A DNA stretch of 64,000 bases from a virus, in the IMG/VR virus record IMGVR_UViG_3300046314_000711; one strand, 5' to 3'. Positions 20,074 through 29,549 of this stretch are shown here, piece by piece. Each line of letters opens with the position of its first letter. Position 1 is the first letter of the stretch. The position numbers and the translations under genes were made by a program. The notes beneath the pieces are model-generated. The model saw nothing but the letters and a program-made list of their open reading frames with translations. It searched no databases and was not told the DNA's origin.

Positions 20074-21306
20074 ATGACAAATACAGCTATTCGCACGAAA
20101 AAAGAAGCCTTTCCCCACGACGTTGATCATATGCCAGGACGTAGTGGCGTTAATTTACCAGCGCATGATAGTCGAGATTTATTAAATAAATCTCGCACTA
20201 GCTACGGGAGCAAACGACAGTGGGATCAAGATGTCGCACGCGTCAATGCTGAACTCCTGGACGATCGGGCGGAATTTGTGACAGATGCCAACGGCTTTGT
20301 AGAAGTTTTGATTAATGGTGTGGCATTCGCGCGATGGTCCAGACGCAACGGGAATGGTGATATCGATATTAAAACTGCCCGTACACAAAGTGACGGATCG
20401 TTCACTGAAGCTACTAAGTCCCGGTCTCCTCGAATAGGAACCATTGCTTGGGAGCTAAAGCAACAGCGTGAAAGACTAGCTAGAGATCCTGAAGAAATAA
20501 AACGAATTGAAAAAATTGGCAACAATAATCACACAACAGCTAGCTATCATGGGGGCGTTGCAAAAATCATTCACAAAGAAAGTATGAAGGAATCTATCTT
20601 AACCGAAGCGCTCAATGAGTTGGGCAATGCACCCGATCGCTTGACCAACTACAATCCCTGGTTTGCCCCTAATCGAGCTATGGCTAGTAATAAAAGCGGC
20701 AAGTACTGTTTAACGCGCGACAATCCTCCCGTTCGCGGGAAAGGGTTTATGTGCTTCGGTGGTGAAAAGGATGCCATTGCTGCATGGAAGCGATTGACTA
20801 ATAACGTTGGCGTGAAAATCGTTCGCGAGTCTGCGTTCCGTGAAGATGGTACCCCATTAAAAGAAGGTGAAGTATTGTTAGTTGATACTTCCACACTATC
20901 CGAAGCAGTGGGTGACCAATACGCTGACCAACTTGCAGATCGTCTTCCACCTGGACTAGTTGATGAAGATGCGATTGCGGATCGTGCATTTGAAATTGCG
21001 GAACGGGAGTTTGGTAGCAAGCAAGCTCGTCAGATGTTCGTATACGACCCTGATTTCCTTAGTGATCTTGTCTCTTCATACTTTGCAAGAGAAAACGCGA
21101 GTGAAGTACATGAAGCGGCTGGTGAAAAGAAATCAACCACAGCCCCCCGTAACTTTGTTGCTAAGAATGCAAAGATGGGTGGAGCGGGTAAGCATTCTGA
21201 TCAAAAACGCGCTGCTAAACGGGGTGATACAAAGCACAAAGGTCGACTAGATGAACAAGCTATTGTGAAAGCTGATCTGTTAGCTCTCGTTAAACGCACC
21301 AAATAG
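20074..21306 (+). CDS. Hypothetical, probable internal head protein
   Basis: Late motif upstream; patchwork of modules separated by (I/L/V)xE sites. Confidence 0.55.
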   Translation: MTNTAIRTKKEAFPHDVDHMPGRSGVNLPAHDSRDLLNKSRTSYGSKRQWDQDVARVNAELLDDRAEFVTDANGFVEVLINGVAFARWSRRNGNGDIDIKTARTQSDGSFTEATKSRSPRIGTIAWELKQQRERLARDPEEIKRIEKIGNNNHTTASYHGGVAKIIHKESMKESILTEALNELGNAPDRLTNYNPWFAPNRAMASNKSGKYCLTRDNPPVRGKGFMCFGGEKDAIAAWKRLTNNVGVKIVRESAFREDGTPLKEGEVLLVDTSTLSEAVGDQYADQLADRLPPGLVDEDAIADRAFEIAEREFGSKQARQMFVYDPDFLSDLVSSYFARENASEVHEAAGEKKSTTAPRNFVAKNAKMGGAGKHSDQKRAAKRGDTKHKGRLDEQAIVKADLLALVKRTK

Positions 21307-21354
21307 TCATAAGTCACTCACTAACTAAATAGCCCCTACAATGGGGCTATTTTT

Positions 21355-21783
21355 ATGTCGAAATATCATCAAGGTCGATATCGTCCAGCTAACCCACAAA
21401 AGTTTGAAGGTGATCTCAATAACATCATCTTTCGCTCGTCATGGGAGCTTCGGTGTCTTCAGTTTTTTGATAATAATCCGTCTATTACCAAGGTGATGAG
21501 TGAAGAAATCAAAATCCCATACTTCAACCCAGTAAAGCGCAAGCCTGCAAACTACTACCCAGACTTCTACGTCGAGCTCACTGATAAAAACGGCAACAAA
21601 CGTCGGGAATTGATTGAAGTAAAACCGAAATCTCAAGTAGACGAGCAAGTAAAAGAAAATACATATGCCAAATTACAGCGTGCAATAAATTATGCTAAGT
21701 GGCAGGCTGCATGTGTATGGTGCAAGGAGCGTGATATAAATTTCCGAATCATAACAGAATCCCAAATTTTTGGAACAAAATAA
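21355..21783 (+). CDS. Head completion nuclease, T4 gp4-like (TnsA fold)
   Basis: QGRYRPANPQKF, RSSWE, YYPDFYV, IEVKP, NYAKWQAA. Confidence 0.93.
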   Translation: MSKYHQGRYRPANPQKFEGDLNNIIFRSSWELRCLQFFDNNPSITKVMSEEIKIPYFNPVKRKPANYYPDFYVELTDKNGNKRRELIEVKPKSQVDEQVKENTYAKLQRAINYAKWQAACVWCKERDINFRIITESQIFGTK

Positions 21784-22826
21784 TGAAACTACATCAAGTG
21801 TTTACTATCGTTGAACAATACCTTCAAGCAGGGGGTTGGGACAGCCCCGCCACACAATCCACAGTTGTTACTCCGTCTGTTGTAAAGAAAGCTCTCGTCG
21901 TTACACAGAAATTTGCCGCCGACTTTAATCAGTGGCTAATCCAACAAGGCCATACGGAGCAAATCAAAATAGGTCACCCATTGGGTAGCAGCGCTTACCA
22001 CGATGTTGATCCAGATGATAAGGTGTATGGCGACATCGATCTTCAAGTCATTGTTCCTGATATGGAAGGTATACATTCAGCAATGCAGAATCAGTGGAAC
22101 CAATGGCAACAGCAGTTTGTTGACTCTGTTCAACCAGATTATGTCTTACTAGGTGGTGAGTCGAAACCTGGTCACCCAATTGTTAAAATTGGGCCTGATC
22201 AATATGTGCAAGTTGATTTTATCTGGCACATTCAACGTAATGCAGAATGGGGTCGCTACCGTACGACACCAGAGCGTGGGTTGAAGGGGTTACTAAACGG
22301 TAATATGTTTTCTGTTCTCGGCGCCCTGCTTGATATGAGTATTCAACACGCTGGTGTTCAGTTGAAGGTCAATGACCAAGGTGAGCACGTTTCATTTAGC
22401 ACTCGCAAGAACACTTCTGTTCAAACAATATCAACATCACCAACATCATTCATTGTTGATATTCTATACTACGTTGCCTCCCAAGCTGGAATTAATCGAA
22501 CACGCGTCAAAGTCGATCCTCAACTAAAATCTCATCCTGGTGTGAATACAAAAGACGTTAAGATCGCATTCCTTGCCGTAGGCATTAAAGGGCTTGCCAA
22601 CAGCTTTGCACTAAATGATCTATACGGCAAGGGAATTCTCGACCAGTACCACTCATCTGATGAATTCTTACGAGCTTTCGTGCACGAATATAGATCTAAA
22701 GTTGAAATCGAGATCGCAAGCAAGAAGCGAGACAAAGCATCAACCCCTGAGGCGATAGCTCGCGCCGAACAGGAAAAGCAAGTTATCCAGCAGGGGTTAG
22801 GTACTGTTATATCTTATTTCCACTAA
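21783..22826 (+). CDS. Nucleotidyltransferase-fold protein (Pol-beta superfamily)
   Basis: LGSSAY..YGDIDLQV..VQVDF matches hG[GS]..DxD..D. Confidence 0.65.
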   Translation: MKLHQVFTIVEQYLQAGGWDSPATQSTVVTPSVVKKALVVTQKFAADFNQWLIQQGHTEQIKIGHPLGSSAYHDVDPDDKVYGDIDLQVIVPDMEGIHSAMQNQWNQWQQQFVDSVQPDYVLLGGESKPGHPIVKIGPDQYVQVDFIWHIQRNAEWGRYRTTPERGLKGLLNGNMFSVLGALLDMSIQHAGVQLKVNDQGEHVSFSTRKNTSVQTISTSPTSFIVDILYYVASQAGINRTRVKVDPQLKSHPGVNTKDVKIAFLAVGIKGLANSFALNDLYGKGILDQYHSSDEFLRAFVHEYRSKVEIEIASKKRDKASTPEAIARAEQEKQVIQQGLGTVISYFH

Positions 22827-22851
22827 ATACATCATCCAACACTGAACTATT

Positions 22852-24096
22852 ATGGCACTCCTATCTCAACAACAATTAGACACGCTTCGTGCTAACTATG
22901 CTCGCATCGAACGTATTGATCCTGCGTCAGCTTCGTACCAATCTTTGATCGGTAAGTTAAATAAGTATCCACAGGAAGTTCTGCAACAATTAGCAGGAGC
23001 GAATATCAAATTTCTATCCGGTCTAGCGCGCAATCGATTTAAGTCAACAACTGAAGATGCTTCCCCATCCAGCGTTCACTCTGACATTATTAATCAACTT
23101 AAATCCGAAATCCGCCAAGTATCAACCATCACTGATGAACAAGCGTATAAACGTGTTGTTCGTCAACTATTGGTCCGTAAGCCTGTTATTCCAGCAGCTC
23201 AAGTAGAACAGTTTACTCGCCGCTTCTTGCAAGCATATCCATACTCACAATATCGCATCGCTAAGAAAACTGGTGATATGCGCACATCCCAAGTCGCAGA
23301 ACGCGATAATCGCGAAGATGATGAACACGGTGGCGGTCCAACTCCTTGGCAGAATCCTGACAAAGGCTGGAAAGGTGTTGTAGAAGGTAAAGAAGACAAA
23401 ATTAAACAACTAAAGCAAGATTATGCCAATAAGCTCCGTTGGTCCAAAGAAACGAACGATCCTGCTCAACAGCGTCAGCATAGAATAGGCGCAGGTACGA
23501 TCGCCAGTCATTTAAAGAAGCAGTACGGTATAGATGTTAATCAAGGTGTTACAGAAGCAGATGATGTAGAAGACTTTGATCAAACTATTGATGCAACAGA
23601 TGGAGAAGAAAACCCTCGTGATATTGAGAAAGAAGTTCCGTCTGAATTAGATCTCGATTGGATTAGTAAGTTTGACCTTGGTGAAATCAAAGAAGCAATC
23701 CAAAAGATCATTGACCACTTATCCGACACAGATGACGAAGAGCAGATTGAGCTACTCCGCAATGATATTCGCATCTTAGATAACCTCCACGGCGCTCTTG
23801 GTAAGAAGGATAGTGCAGCAGTAGACAAATACTGGAAAATCGCTCAGGACTCAGGTTCACACGAGCACTTGCATCCAGAGTTTACAAAGCGTATGGGTGA
23901 TGCTACCGCTCTTGTTAGTGTCAAAGAGGGTTATGTTGCAGAAACGGTAACATTTAAAGATAAAGCTAAGTGGGACAAGGCTGCCAAACAGTATCGTGTC
24001 AAAGCAACCGGTAAATCCGAAACTGCGTTCTGCAAGGAAACTGGTGCTATGATGGGTCGTTGGGCTAGCGAAAAAGGTTGGCTAGAATCCTGCTAA
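22852..24096 (+). CDS. Hypothetical, probable internal head protein
   Basis: 414 aa; late motif; modules separated by VxE sites. Confidence 0.55.
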   Translation: MALLSQQQLDTLRANYARIERIDPASASYQSLIGKLNKYPQEVLQQLAGANIKFLSGLARNRFKSTTEDASPSSVHSDIINQLKSEIRQVSTITDEQAYKRVVRQLLVRKPVIPAAQVEQFTRRFLQAYPYSQYRIAKKTGDMRTSQVAERDNREDDEHGGGPTPWQNPDKGWKGVVEGKEDKIKQLKQDYANKLRWSKETNDPAQQRQHRIGAGTIASHLKKQYGIDVNQGVTEADDVEDFDQTIDATDGEENPRDIEKEVPSELDLDWISKFDLGEIKEAIQKIIDHLSDTDDEEQIELLRNDIRILDNLHGALGKKDSAAVDKYWKIAQDSGSHEHLHPEFTKRMGDATALVSVKEGYVAETVTFKDKAKWDKAAKQYRVKATGKSETAFCKETGAMMGRWASEKGWLESC

Positions 24097-24157
24097 TCTA
24101 ACCCCAAAGTTACCCTCCACAGCTTGCACAGTAAATACTCTACCAAAGTGTATTGAA

Positions 24158-24589
24158 ATGCAAGCTGTAAATATTTCTAATCCGTTGGAGCACGTGTTTG
24201 ATCTTGAACCAAACTCAACTCAGCGTTCAATCGTTGCTCCAACTCCTGTGGAAACCTTACCAACTGTTGCAACCGCAACGTATGACGCTAAGGACAACTC
24301 AATCGATACGGAGCTTGCTGCCGTTCAAGCTGAAGCAATGGCTGTCGCTAATGAAATGAAACAACAAATGGCGTTTGCTGATCCACGCGCTCTACCGAGA
24401 ATGGGTGAGGTTGCTATCCAAGCGCTTGGTACAGCACTAGATGCCATTAAGCAAAAAGCCGACTTCAAAAAACACAAAGATAAACTAGCAGCATCGGGGG
24501 GGATCGACGCAGTCAATAATGTGACAAACAATACATTAATCATAGATCGCAGCGCCCTGTTGGATAAGATTATGGCTGGGGAACTATAG
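24158..24589 (+). CDS. Terminase small subunit, gp16-like
   Basis: PRMGEVAxQ.L..AL and C-terminal NNVTNNTLII..LL pattern; upstream of scaffold. Confidence 0.6.
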   Translation: MQAVNISNPLEHVFDLEPNSTQRSIVAPTPVETLPTVATATYDAKDNSIDTELAAVQAEAMAVANEMKQQMAFADPRALPRMGEVAIQALGTALDAIKQKADFKKHKDKLAASGGIDAVNNVTNNTLIIDRSALLDKIMAGEL

Positions 24590-24698
24590 AGCCTGTATGC
24601 AAAAAGGTACCTTTTTTGCAGGAGTTTGTCAAACTTTAATAAATAAAGTAAATGAACTCGCACTGAGCGGGTAAATACACGCAAAGGACATTTAAAAA

Positions 24699-25658
24699 AT
24701 GGCAACCGAAATCTTACAAAAGCTACTCGAAAATGATGTTTTGACTGAAGACACTAAAGCTTCTATCAAGGCAGCTCTCGATACAGTTGTTCAAGAAGCC
24801 GCTGATAAAGCACGCGCAGAAGTTACTGAAGAGTTGACTGCTCGCTTTGCTGAAGACTTTGTTAAAGAGCGTGATACTCTAATCGAGTCTGTGGATGAAA
24901 TGGTTACAAAGGCTGTTGAGGAATATGCAACATCTGCTGGCAAATCTCTACACGAGCACATTGAATCACATAAAGCCGACATCGAAGCATTCCGTGACCT
25001 AGAAGCTGAACAAGCTGCTCGTCTGGTCGAAGCTCGTTCTGAACTTGTCGAATCAACCAAGACAGACATATTAACTCTAGTTGAAAAATTAGATACATTT
25101 CTCGATATGGTGGTTGCTGAGGAGTTTGCTGAGATGCGCGAAGACTTAGTTGAATCTCAGCGTCAAGCAATGGGTTCTAAAATCTTTGAAGGCTTCCGTG
25201 CTGAATTTGAGCAATATTATGTTCAGTCTACTGGTATCGCTGGTAAGATTGATCAGCTTGCTGAGCAAGTTAAATCAACTGCAGCTGAAAACGCTGGTCT
25301 AAAAGAAAGCCTAGCAGCTGTAACACGTACAACAACAATGGCTACCGTTCTAGCACCACTAGAAGGTAAATCACGTCAAGTGATGGAAACAATTCTAGCA
25401 ACTGTCGCTACCGACAAATTGCAAGAAACATACGAGCGATTTATCGACCGTGTGATCAAGGAAGGTGCAACAGCACCGGATGCAGGGCAACAATCAGAGA
25501 AGGAAACAAAAGTACTAGCTGAGTCGAAAGTTGATCCCAAAACTGTAACGCTGAAGACAGGCGATACTGCCGCTAAAAAGTCCGTTGTGACTGAAAGCGC
25601 AGCTGGTCTATCGGATGCTGATAAGAAGCGCCTGCTACAGAGCGCGGGATTGATGTAA
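24699..25658 (+). CDS. Prohead core scaffold, gp22-like
   Basis: Glu-rich helical, KLDTFLD.VV.E, KIFEGF..EF; directly upstream of capsid gene. Confidence 0.85.
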   Translation: MATEILQKLLENDVLTEDTKASIKAALDTVVQEAADKARAEVTEELTARFAEDFVKERDTLIESVDEMVTKAVEEYATSAGKSLHEHIESHKADIEAFRDLEAEQAARLVEARSELVESTKTDILTLVEKLDTFLDMVVAEEFAEMREDLVESQRQAMGSKIFEGFRAEFEQYYVQSTGIAGKIDQLAEQVKSTAAENAGLKESLAAVTRTTTMATVLAPLEGKSRQVMETILATVATDKLQETYERFIDRVIKEGATAPDAGQQSEKETKVLAESKVDPKTVTLKTGDTAAKKSVVTESAAGLSDADKKRLLQSAGLM

Positions 25659-25694
25659 TATTTTTACACAACTCACTCACAAAGGAAAATTGAA

Positions 25695-27017
25695 ATGAAC
25701 TTATTTGAAAACTGGGGCGAAACGAAAGAAGTCCTATTAACTGGCCTATCCGGCGAAAAGCGTAAAGTTGTTGATACACTTTTGGAAAACCAAAAGACTT
25801 ACAACCTAAACGAGTCTGCAGCTAGCGGTTCTATCGCTGCTCAAGATATCGCTGGTTTCCGTAACATCTTGATCCCTATGATCCGTCGTATCATTCCTGG
25901 TACAATCGCAACTGAACTAGTTGGCGTTCAGCCAATGAAAGCTCCAGTTGGTATCGTGTACTCGATGCGTTACAAGTACAATGAGACTCTAGCAGCTCCT
26001 GGTACCGTAACAGCTGGTGAAGAAATGTTTGGTAATGCAGAGCCAGTGCGTCGTTACTACTCTGGCGCTACTGATGCAGCTGTTGCAGCTGGCGCTTCTG
26101 GTATCGATTCTGGTTCTGGTCAGCCAAACATCTCTGGTGTTCCATCTGGTCAAGGTTGGGGCGCTAATGCTGGTCACTCTGCACTAGATGGCTGTACAAC
26201 TGGTGGTTCTGGTGGTACAATGGAAGGTTCTGGCGGCCGTAAGGTTTCCCTAGAACTAGTATCTCAGGCTGTTGAATCCAAGAGCCGTAAATTGCAAACA
26301 GGTTGGACAATCGAAGCTATGCAAGATTTGAACAGCCAACACGGCATGAACATCGAAACAGAAATGACAACAGGTATGTCTGCTGAAATCGTTCAAGAAA
26401 TTGACAACGAAATCATCAGCGACTTGCTAGCACTAGCTGGTACTGTTGCAAACTGGGACGGCGCTCTACCATCCGCAGCTGGTTACTATCGTCCAACATT
26501 CGGTGGCGATCGTTTTGCTCAATTGGGCATCTTGATCAACTACGTAGCGAATGAAATCGGTCGCAAGACACGTCGTGGCACTGCTAACTTCATCGTTGTT
26601 TCTCCAATGATCGTTTCCATCCTTCAATCTGCTGCTAAGTCCGTCTTCGCACCAGCTATCGATGGTTCTTTCAAAGGTCCAAATAACACAATGCTAGTTG
26701 GTACATTGAACGGCTCTATCAAGGTGTACTCTTACCTATGGAATCAAACTCAGGCAACTGATGTTGGTGGTACAGGTGATGATGAAATCTTGGTTGGTTA
26801 CAAAGGTGGAAATGGCGAGCAGGACGCAGGCTACTTCTACTGCCCATATGTTCCATTGATGTCTACTGGTGTGATCATGAATCCAGTGACGATGCAGCCG
26901 GTAATGAGTTTGATGACTCGTTACGCAAAAGCTCAATTTACAAGCACCACAACCTCTTTGGGTAACAGTGCTGACTACTACGGCAAGATCACTTGCTCTA
27001 ACGTGTCGTTTGCTTAA
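25695..27017 (+). CDS. Major capsid protein, gp23-like
   Basis: LLENQ, LIPMIRRIIP, LVGVQPM, SRKL..WTIEAMQDL, TRRG.ANFIV, AGYFYCPYVPL, MTRY. Confidence 0.97.
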   Translation: MNLFENWGETKEVLLTGLSGEKRKVVDTLLENQKTYNLNESAASGSIAAQDIAGFRNILIPMIRRIIPGTIATELVGVQPMKAPVGIVYSMRYKYNETLAAPGTVTAGEEMFGNAEPVRRYYSGATDAAVAAGASGIDSGSGQPNISGVPSGQGWGANAGHSALDGCTTGGSGGTMEGSGGRKVSLELVSQAVESKSRKLQTGWTIEAMQDLNSQHGMNIETEMTTGMSAEIVQEIDNEIISDLLALAGTVANWDGALPSAAGYYRPTFGGDRFAQLGILINYVANEIGRKTRRGTANFIVVSPMIVSILQSAAKSVFAPAIDGSFKGPNNTMLVGTLNGSIKVYSYLWNQTQATDVGGTGDDEILVGYKGGNGEQDAGYFYCPYVPLMSTGVIMNPVTMQPVMSLMTRYAKAQFTSTTTSLGNSADYYGKITCSNVSFA

Positions 27018-27036
27018 TCGCTGACACCGCGTAAAC

Positions 27037-27062
27037 AAAGGGAGATTTCGGTCTCCCTTTTC
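27037..27062 (+). terminator. Terminator after capsid gene
   Basis: AAAGGGAGA-TTTCGG-TCTCCCTTTT. Confidence 0.88.
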
Positions 27063-27267
27063 TTTATATGCTAGCTAATAGTGTTGCATCCAACAATAAA
27101 ATCCTATAAAATATGTAGACGATGTGAATTAAAAGTAATAGTTATTTAATCAACATTTACAAATGTCTACACACCACCCAATTGTATTCTTACCCTTGGT
27201 TTTTATATTATTACCTGACTAGTATTTATACTAAGTACTACTACAAGAATCAACACTAGTATTAGCC

Positions 27268-28392
27268 ATGACTCGAAAATATGACAGATATCCTAATTTA
27301 CTCTGGTTTATTGAACAACAGCTTGATTACACCATATTAACATCTCCTGTACCGATGCCACTACTAACAACTACTCACCTGACAATACGTTGCAATAAAT
27401 GTGATACCATAAAAGAAGATTGTAAAATTTTGCGCTTAATTCATGTTAATGAGCATCATGGGACTAGGGGATGTTCAAATTGCCGAGAAATAGAGAAAAA
27501 AACCCAATCATCCATACGCACTCAAGAGTTGTTGGATAATATCAACCAAACATATAATGTTGAGTTGGTTGGATCTATACCGAAGAATCGCGCGATACGA
27601 ACCACATTCAAATCACATAGTTGTGGTCACGAGTTTTCTTCTACAATAGAAAACATACTCTTGCATGGCACTACGTTGTGTAAGAAGTGCTCCAAGCAAG
27701 TTCATAGTGACAAGCTACGAGTTGCTGCAAGACAAAAGCTTATATTAGATGTACAACATGATGCTGCTACGTATGCGGCATACGAACATAGGGTGCGACT
27801 GATGACTGAATCTAACTGGAAGCAGTACAAACCCCTAATTAACCCACACAATTTATCGCGCACATCCTCGGCGTTAAAATCTGGTCACCACCTTGATCAC
27901 TTAATCTCTGTGCGATTAGGTTACCAGTTGCGATTGTCGCCAGATATTGTTAGTAGTGTTGAAAACCTAACAATGATTGATTGGAATGCAAATTTAAGTG
28001 CACGAGAGGATATCTCAATAAAGCTAAAACTTGTTCCACACTTGATTGACAATCTAACTGAATTAGTTACCAAATATAGTGATATATTGCAGCTGTCAGA
28101 GGTGGGGTGTGTATCTGCTACAGATCAGTATCAACAATCTGAGTACTTCCAACTATTTCCATATTTGGAACACAAAGCACCTGGCAGGACAAAATTAAAA
28201 ACTCACCAACAATTTGTAGATAATGTGCAATTGGTCCAACCTGATCTGACAGTAGTTGGGCGCTATGTCAATAGTTACACTAAACTAGCAATTCGTTGCA
28301 ATAACGGTCATGTGTGGGATGGTAGACCCAATGGTATCCTTCATAAAGGTCACGGGTGTCCTGTGTGTGCTCGAACCAAAAAGCAAAACTGA
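27268..28392 (+). CDS. Zn-ribbon HNH homing endonuclease-like protein
   Basis: Several CxxC/CGH; HHLDHLIS..ENLTMIDWNAN; GHGCPVC. Confidence 0.75.
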   Translation: MTRKYDRYPNLLWFIEQQLDYTILTSPVPMPLLTTTHLTIRCNKCDTIKEDCKILRLIHVNEHHGTRGCSNCREIEKKTQSSIRTQELLDNINQTYNVELVGSIPKNRAIRTTFKSHSCGHEFSSTIENILLHGTTLCKKCSKQVHSDKLRVAARQKLILDVQHDAATYAAYEHRVRLMTESNWKQYKPLINPHNLSRTSSALKSGHHLDHLISVRLGYQLRLSPDIVSSVENLTMIDWNANLSAREDISIKLKLVPHLIDNLTELVTKYSDILQLSEVGCVSATDQYQQSEYFQLFPYLEHKAPGRTKLKTHQQFVDNVQLVQPDLTVVGRYVNSYTKLAIRCNNGHVWDGRPNGILHKGHGCPVCARTKKQN

Positions 28393-28415
28393 ATAATAGT
28401 CAATATCGTTACCAC

Positions 28416-29549
28416 ATGCGAACAACAAATATAGCCAAATTGCAGCAAGTTGATGCGAATATTCGTGCATTCTTCACCTCTCTCAGGTACCAACCTATTG
28501 ATACTGATACACTCCTTCACACAGGAATGAGTATTGATATTCAATGTGAAGAATGTTCTGCAGTATTGCAACATCAGCGAATATCGAAGTTTCAATATAT
28601 CTACAAGCATTATGGCACTCGTGCATGCCCAGCTTGCAAACTGATTTCACAAGATGTTGCACGAGTTCAGAGAATCCAGTCATTCATTACTCAATTAGAG
28701 CAGGACACGTCGCTACGGTTAGTTGACCACAGTACACTCCCGCAATCAAATACAGACAAGCACTTGTATAAATCTACTATTTGTGGTCACACATTTCTAT
28801 CCACCATTGATAACATAAGAGCGAATAACCCAACCGTGTGCTCTGCTTGTTCTAGATTGCAGGCAAACAATAAGATTCGTGATACGTACAAAGCCAAATC
28901 GATTGCAACAAAACTAGTAACTCCAACACTATCAGGATACGCGAAGGCTGTTCGATCCGTTACTGAATCAACATATCGTCAGCACAGGTTAGTAATTAAC
29001 CCCAACAATCATCAGCGTAGCCACGCTAAACATAAAACCGGCTATCAACTTGACCACATCATTCCCGTTAGGTTAGGGTATGAACTTCGTTTATCGCCTG
29101 ACATTATTGGAGGCATTGATAATCTACAGATGTTGGACTGGGAAACAAATATTAAAGTGCAGGAGTTTTTAGACAGGAAGATTCATTTAGTGCCAAATAC
29201 CAAACAACAGCTGCACCAACTGTGTGTGCAATACCCTCACATTGCATTCGATGGAGCTAATATCACACTCGCTCGTGAGTATTTGGAGAGTGACTACTAT
29301 TTAAATTTTCCGTTTTTGGAATTTACAGCATCAAATAAGAACAAGCGACTAACTCAACAACAATTCGTTGATAGAGTTGCAGTTAAATCACCAACTATAG
29401 CAGTTATTGGTCATTATGTTAATAGTGTATCGAAAATAGAAGTGCAGTGTACTGTATGCAATCACTTCTGGGCAGGTTGGTCTGGAGATTTAATGCGAGG
29501 TCACGGTTGCCCAGTATGTGCTCGATCTAAGAAAGTAAAAAATGTATAA
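28416..29549 (+). CDS. Zn-ribbon HNH homing endonuclease-like protein, paralog of previous
   Basis: YQLDHIIP..DNLQMLDWETN; same architecture and C-terminal GHGCPVCAR. Confidence 0.75.
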   Translation: MRTTNIAKLQQVDANIRAFFTSLRYQPIDTDTLLHTGMSIDIQCEECSAVLQHQRISKFQYIYKHYGTRACPACKLISQDVARVQRIQSFITQLEQDTSLRLVDHSTLPQSNTDKHLYKSTICGHTFLSTIDNIRANNPTVCSACSRLQANNKIRDTYKAKSIATKLVTPTLSGYAKAVRSVTESTYRQHRLVINPNNHQRSHAKHKTGYQLDHIIPVRLGYELRLSPDIIGGIDNLQMLDWETNIKVQEFLDRKIHLVPNTKQQLHQLCVQYPHIAFDGANITLAREYLESDYYLNFPFLEFTASNKNKRLTQQQFVDRVAVKSPTIAVIGHYVNSVSKIEVQCTVCNHFWAGWSGDLMRGHGCPVCARSKKVKNV

